18,041 nt of DNA, from contig CAWJSR010000043.1 of the NCBI GenBank assembly GCA_963845515.1, positions 1 to 18,041 of the forward strand. Direction: 5' to 3'. Source of the DNA: an uncultured delta proteobacterium. Its GTDB lineage: Bacteria; Myxococcota; Myxococcia; Myxococcales; Anaeromyxobacteraceae. This document shows, piece by piece, positions 14,292-18,041 of this stretch. Made by a program: the position numbers and the translations under genes. Each line of letters starts with the position of its first letter. Position 1 is the stretch's first letter. The notes below the pieces were generated by a model. That model was not told where the DNA came from, did not search any database, and saw nothing but the letters and a program-made list of their open reading frames with translations.

Positions 14292-17126
14292 GTGACGACG
14301 CCATCCCGGACGAAGACCCACGCTGACGCCTCGGGTGACCAGCCCGACTGGCAGGAGCGGCTCGTCGAGCGGCTCCAGGTCTTCGTGGAGCACTGGAAGG
14401 GCTACGGCGGGACGGAGCAGGCCGGCGCCCAGTCCTTCCTGCAGAAGCTGCTCGACATCTACGACGTCAGCTTCAAGGCGGGCACGGTCTTCGAGCAGCA
14501 CCCGGTCCGGATCCCGGTGCGCGGGAAGAAGTCACAGCGCACGCTCTTCGGTGACGAGGAGCCCGAGGTCCTCTACGAGACCAAGCGCATGGACATGTAT
14601 CTCCCGAAGGTCTGCGTCTGGGAGATGAAGAGTCCGAGCGAGACCTTCCTGGAGGCGCACCACGCGCAGCTCCTCGACTACTGGGCGCGGATGCGGCCGC
14701 GCTACATGGTCCTCTGCAACTTCAAGGAATTCTGGATCTACGACACCAACGATGAGCACGGGCAGCTGAAGCCCAAGCTCACGTTCAGCCTGGAGGAGCT
14801 GCCCAAGCGCCCCGACGCACTGCTCTTCTTGCGTGGCGAGACGCCGGATCTGGACGAGCGGGCGGCGCGCGTGACGGCGGACGTGGCCAGCGCGCTCGGG
14901 CGGCTCGTGCGCGACGTCATAGAGGGGTCGAAGCAGCCCGAGCGCGATCGGGAGCGGATCGCGCGGGTCGTGCTGGAGTGCGTCTTCGCGATGTTCGCGG
15001 AGGACACGGAGCTAATCCCCGCCAGCATGTTCACCGACACCATGCGGCGCGCGCACGAGGCCGGGAACATGCAGCCGCTGTGGCAGCTCTTCGACGACTT
15101 CTCCAAGGAGGGGGCGTCGAAGAAGTTCAACCGGCTCGCGCCGTACGTGAACGGTCCGCTCTTCGATCGCGATCAGCCGCGGATCGAGCTCTCGAAGAAG
15201 CAGATCGAGCAGCTCCTCCGAGCGGCGCGCGACTTCGACTGGCAGGACGTACGGCCCGAGATCTTCGGCACGATCTTCGAGCAGGCCCTGAGCCCGGTGG
15301 AGCGGCACGAGCTGGGCGCGCACTACACCCGCGAGGCCGACATTGAGCGCGTCGTCGGGCCGACCATCATCGAGCCCTGGCGGGAGCGGATCGCCAACCT
15401 GCGCTACCCGAAGGAGGCCGAGGCGCTCATCGAGCAGCTAAAGGGCTTCCACGTCCTAGACCCGGCGTGCGGCTGCGGCGACTTCCTGTACGTCGTCTAC
15501 CGCGAGATGAAGCGGATCGAGGCCGGGCTCGCCCATAAGTGGAGCGAGCTGCAGCTCAAGGTCGCCAAGCGAAGGGCTGACCTCAAGCCTCCGCCGCCCG
15601 GGCCGTGGTTCAGCTTGCGGCAGCTTCACGGGATCGAGCTCAACGGCTTCGCCGCGTTCCTCGCCCGAGTCGTCCTCTGGATCGGCGAGCACCTCGCGAC
15701 CCGGGAGCTCGGGCTCGATGAGCCTACGCTTCCGCTCAAGAACCTGAGCGAGACGATCCGCCAGGGCGACGCCCTCCTCACGGCCTGGCCGCGGCCGGAG
15801 GGAGAGCTGGCGATCGTCGGCAACCCGCCCTACCTGGGCGTGAGGAAGCTGCGGCGGGAGTTGGGCGACGACTACGTCGAGCAGCTCTTCGAGCGGTACC
15901 CCGACAACCGCGCCGCCGACTTCGTGACCTACTGGTTCACCATCGCGCTGGACACCCTGCGTCCCGGGGAGCGCGCCGGCTTCGTCGCGACCAACTCGAT
16001 CGCCCAGAACGAGAGCCGCGAGGCGAGCCTGGACAAGATCGTCGCGAAGGGCGGGACCATCATCGACGCGTGGAAGAGCTACCCCTGGCCTGGTGAGGCA
16101 GCCGTCCATGTCGCCATCGTCAACTGGGTGATGGGCCCCTGGGAGGGGCTGCGTACGCTGGACGGCGAGGAGGCCGCGTCGATCTCCGCGGCGCTCACGT
16201 CGGTCACCGACGTGACCAGCGTGCGGCACATCGAGGCCAACGAAGGGCTCTGCTTTATGGGGGTCACCCCCGGGAACGACGGATTCGTTCTCTCCGACGA
16301 GGAGCGGCGCGCGATCCTCGAGGACGATCCCAAGTCGGGGAAGGTGATCAAGCCATTCCTGGTCGGGAAGGACGTGAACCGCGAGGTCGACCAAAAGCCG
16401 AGCCGCTGGATCATCGATTTCGCGATGATGGAGAAGGGGGAGGCCGAAGACTTTGCCGGGGCAATGCGGCACGTAAGGAAACACGTCTACGGACGCAAGC
16501 AGGGGGTTGGCGATCGCAAGACTGAGGGCGAAAAGGCCCGGTGGTGGCAGTTCGTTCGACCGCGCACCGATCTGCGCGCGGCGATCGACGGGCTCAAACA
16601 AGTCTTCGTCCTGTCTCGCGTTTCGCCTCGCCTGACCGTCGCTCGGAGCGCGGCGAACATCTGTTTTGACAATGCCGTGTTCGTCATTGCCCTCAGCAAG
16701 TCCTTCCACTTTGGGGTTTTGCAGTCAGCGTTGCACTCCAAGTGGGCCCGCGCCAGGGGCTCGACTCTCGAAGAACGGCTGCGCTACACCAACACCACCA
16801 TCTTCGAGACCTTCCCGTTCCCGCTCCAGAAGGACGGCAGCTACGATCCGAGGAAGGTTCCGCAGACCCCTGCCGCGGAGCGGGTGAGCGACGCTGCCGA
16901 GGCGTTCGAGCGGGTGCGGAGCGCGGCCTGCCGCGAGCGGAACCTGGGGCTCACCAAGATCCACAACCTGATCGACTCGGGTGAGGACGCCGAACTGACC
17001 CGCGCCTATGTGGCGCTCAATGACGCCGTCACCGCCTGCTACGGGTTCCCGAAGGGGACCTGGAGGGACGAGGGCGAGACGCTGGCGAGGTTGCTGGAGT
17101 TGAACCGGAAGGTGGCGGGCGGGTAA
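14292..17126 (+). CDS. MmeI-like type IIL/IIG single-chain restriction-modification enzyme (endonuclease + N6-adenine methyltransferase + TRD)
   Basis: N-terminal PD-(D/E)xK-like MDMY..VWEMKS and Q..DY; MFAED; PYVNGPLF; DWQDVRPEIFGTIFE..RHELGAHYT; motif I VLDPACGCGDFL; motif IV IVGNPPYLG; TNSIAQ; WPGEAAVHV; C-terminal RY..TIFETFPFP and GLTKIHN..LNDAV..YG. Confidence 0.92.
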   Translation: MTTPSRTKTHADASGDQPDWQERLVERLQVFVEHWKGYGGTEQAGAQSFLQKLLDIYDVSFKAGTVFEQHPVRIPVRGKKSQRTLFGDEEPEVLYETKRMDMYLPKVCVWEMKSPSETFLEAHHAQLLDYWARMRPRYMVLCNFKEFWIYDTNDEHGQLKPKLTFSLEELPKRPDALLFLRGETPDLDERAARVTADVASALGRLVRDVIEGSKQPERDRERIARVVLECVFAMFAEDTELIPASMFTDTMRRAHEAGNMQPLWQLFDDFSKEGASKKFNRLAPYVNGPLFDRDQPRIELSKKQIEQLLRAARDFDWQDVRPEIFGTIFEQALSPVERHELGAHYTREADIERVVGPTIIEPWRERIANLRYPKEAEALIEQLKGFHVLDPACGCGDFLYVVYREMKRIEAGLAHKWSELQLKVAKRRADLKPPPPGPWFSLRQLHGIELNGFAAFLARVVLWIGEHLATRELGLDEPTLPLKNLSETIRQGDALLTAWPRPEGELAIVGNPPYLGVRKLRRELGDDYVEQLFERYPDNRAADFVTYWFTIALDTLRPGERAGFVATNSIAQNESREASLDKIVAKGGTIIDAWKSYPWPGEAAVHVAIVNWVMGPWEGLRTLDGEEAASISAALTSVTDVTSVRHIEANEGLCFMGVTPGNDGFVLSDEERRAILEDDPKSGKVIKPFLVGKDVNREVDQKPSRWIIDFAMMEKGEAEDFAGAMRHVRKHVYGRKQGVGDRKTEGEKARWWQFVRPRTDLRAAIDGLKQVFVLSRVSPRLTVARSAANICFDNAVFVIALSKSFHFGVLQSALHSKWARARGSTLEERLRYTNTTIFETFPFPLQKDGSYDPRKVPQTPAAERVSDAAEAFERVRSAACRERNLGLTKIHNLIDSGEDAELTRAYVALNDAVTACYGFPKGTWRDEGETLARLLELNRKVAGG

Positions 17127-17225
17127 CGCCAACGATCGCCCGGTCGAGTGGGACGCCTCGCGGACGCCTTCTTGGAACCGGAACGGCGGACTCTCTGCAG
17201 CGGAGCACGGTCGCAACAGAATCTA

Positions 17226-18041
17226 CTAGCGAAGAGCCGACCGGTTCTTGCTCCACCAATCCTTGAATGCGTCGACTGCCATCGGCTTGAGGCCTGCGCC
17301 CGAGAGCTGTCCGAAGTATCGCCCGGCGTATTCAACGGCCCTCACGCTCTCGTCGCGCTCAAGCACTTCAAGTAAGAAATTCAGCCTGTCTGGCTTCGAG
17401 AAGTCGTTGCGCGCGGCAATAAACTCCAGGAGGGCCGGCCGCAGTTGTGCTGGGGCAGCCCAGTAAGTTCGCGCCAGTGCGGTGAGAGGCAGGTGGCTGG
17501 GGTCGATGTCTGGCAGCCATGGGATCGTGAACCCAGACACAAAGAACGGCTTGGAGTGTTCCTCGAACACGGTGGTCCATGCCTGAAGTGCCCTGGCGCG
17601 AAATGGACTCCGCGCATCTTGGGCGAGCGAATGAAGCCGGTCGAAAGCGCGACGGTCGTCATTTTGGGCCGCGACGACTATTTGGGTGAACTCTGTCACG
17701 GCTTCCAGCTCCGCGATGCCAGCAGTTGCCTTTGCCAAGACTTCGTCGGTCGCGGCAAGGCTCCGCGCCGCTTCGGCATTCTTGGCAGCGGTCTCTTCCG
17801 CAAGTCTCTTCGCCTCATTAGCGCTCGCCGCAACGAGGTCTACCGTTGCGCTCTGCGCCTCGATCCGGGTCCGGAGTTGCGCGATCGCCTCGGCGTCGGA
17901 CGCCGCCTTGTCGGCCGCCACCTTTATGGATCCGACACCCTTCACGGACAGCTCGGTGATGCGACTGGCCATGAGCAGAATGGCGCCGCCGAACACGCCT
18001 ACGAGTGCGACGACCATCACCGACGTCTTGGTCGCGCGACC
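17226..18041 (-). CDS. Hypothetical membrane-anchored protein with coiled coil and HEAT-like C-terminus, 5'-truncated by the window edge
   Basis: Frame stays open to 18041 (GRATKTSVMVVALVGVFGGAILLMAS..). TM helix, Ala/Glu-rich helical stretch, C-terminal ..FKDWWSKN, tandem TAG TAG stops, lower GC than the core genes. Confidence 0.75.
   Translation of the reverse strand, partial: GRATKTSVMVVALVGVFGGAILLMASRITELSVKGVGSIKVAADKAASDAEAIAQLRTRIEAQSATVDLVAASANEAKRLAEETAAKNAEAARSLAATDEVLAKATAGIAELEAVTEFTQIVVAAQNDDRRAFDRLHSLAQDARSPFRARALQAWTTVFEEHSKPFFVSGFTIPWLPDIDPSHLPLTALARTYWAAPAQLRPALLEFIAARNDFSKPDRLNFLLEVLERDESVRAVEYAGRYFGQLSGAGLKPMAVDAFKDWWSKNRSALR

Noticed and set aside
2503..16709. Long antisense ORFs (for example 2503-3912, 3945-5387, 7694-8992, 10007-11407, 11100-12677, 15456-16709)
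   Set aside because: Shadow ORFs expected opposite high-GC3 genes; no recognisable motifs.
17210..17223. Minus-strand GATTCTGTTGCGAC resembling an IS6-family terminal repeat
   Set aside because: Partial match only, with no partner repeat or transposase in the window.
17127..17225. Integron attC site or terminator between the convergent RM and orphan genes
   Set aside because: No proper RYYYAAC...GTTRRRY pair with a long stem and no U-tract. Only a short direct repeat (GGACGCCT twice).
1..18041. CRISPR array, tRNA, rRNA, tandem repeat array
   Set aside because: Nearly all sequence is protein-coding, intergenic gaps are at most about 130 nt, and no periodic repeats or tRNA motifs were seen.

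Overview
GC-rich (about 70%) bacterial window. Gene content and order resemble Myxococcota/Anaeromyxobacter-like deltaproteobacteria (inference). Left: a secreted alpha/beta hydrolase, a convergent DHH phosphoesterase + receiver-domain operon, and two tandem Bor/Iss-like lipoproteins, the second fused to a TolB-N/CsgG-like domain. Centre: hprK-rapZ-mannose-family PTS (EIIA, B, C, D)-ptsH-ptsI, then the SAM-cycle cluster metK, a SahR-like SAM-binding remnant lacking its ArsR HTH, ahcY and a GT2 glycosyltransferase. About 8 single-base indels cluster in 11.3-13.8 kb and are most likely sequence errors. Right: an accessory segment with a 944-aa MmeI-like type IIL restriction-modification enzyme whose target-recognition region has foreign codon usage, and a convergent lower-GC membrane/coiled-coil/HEAT-like protein that runs off the window edge. 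No rRNA, tRNA, CRISPR array or transposase was seen.
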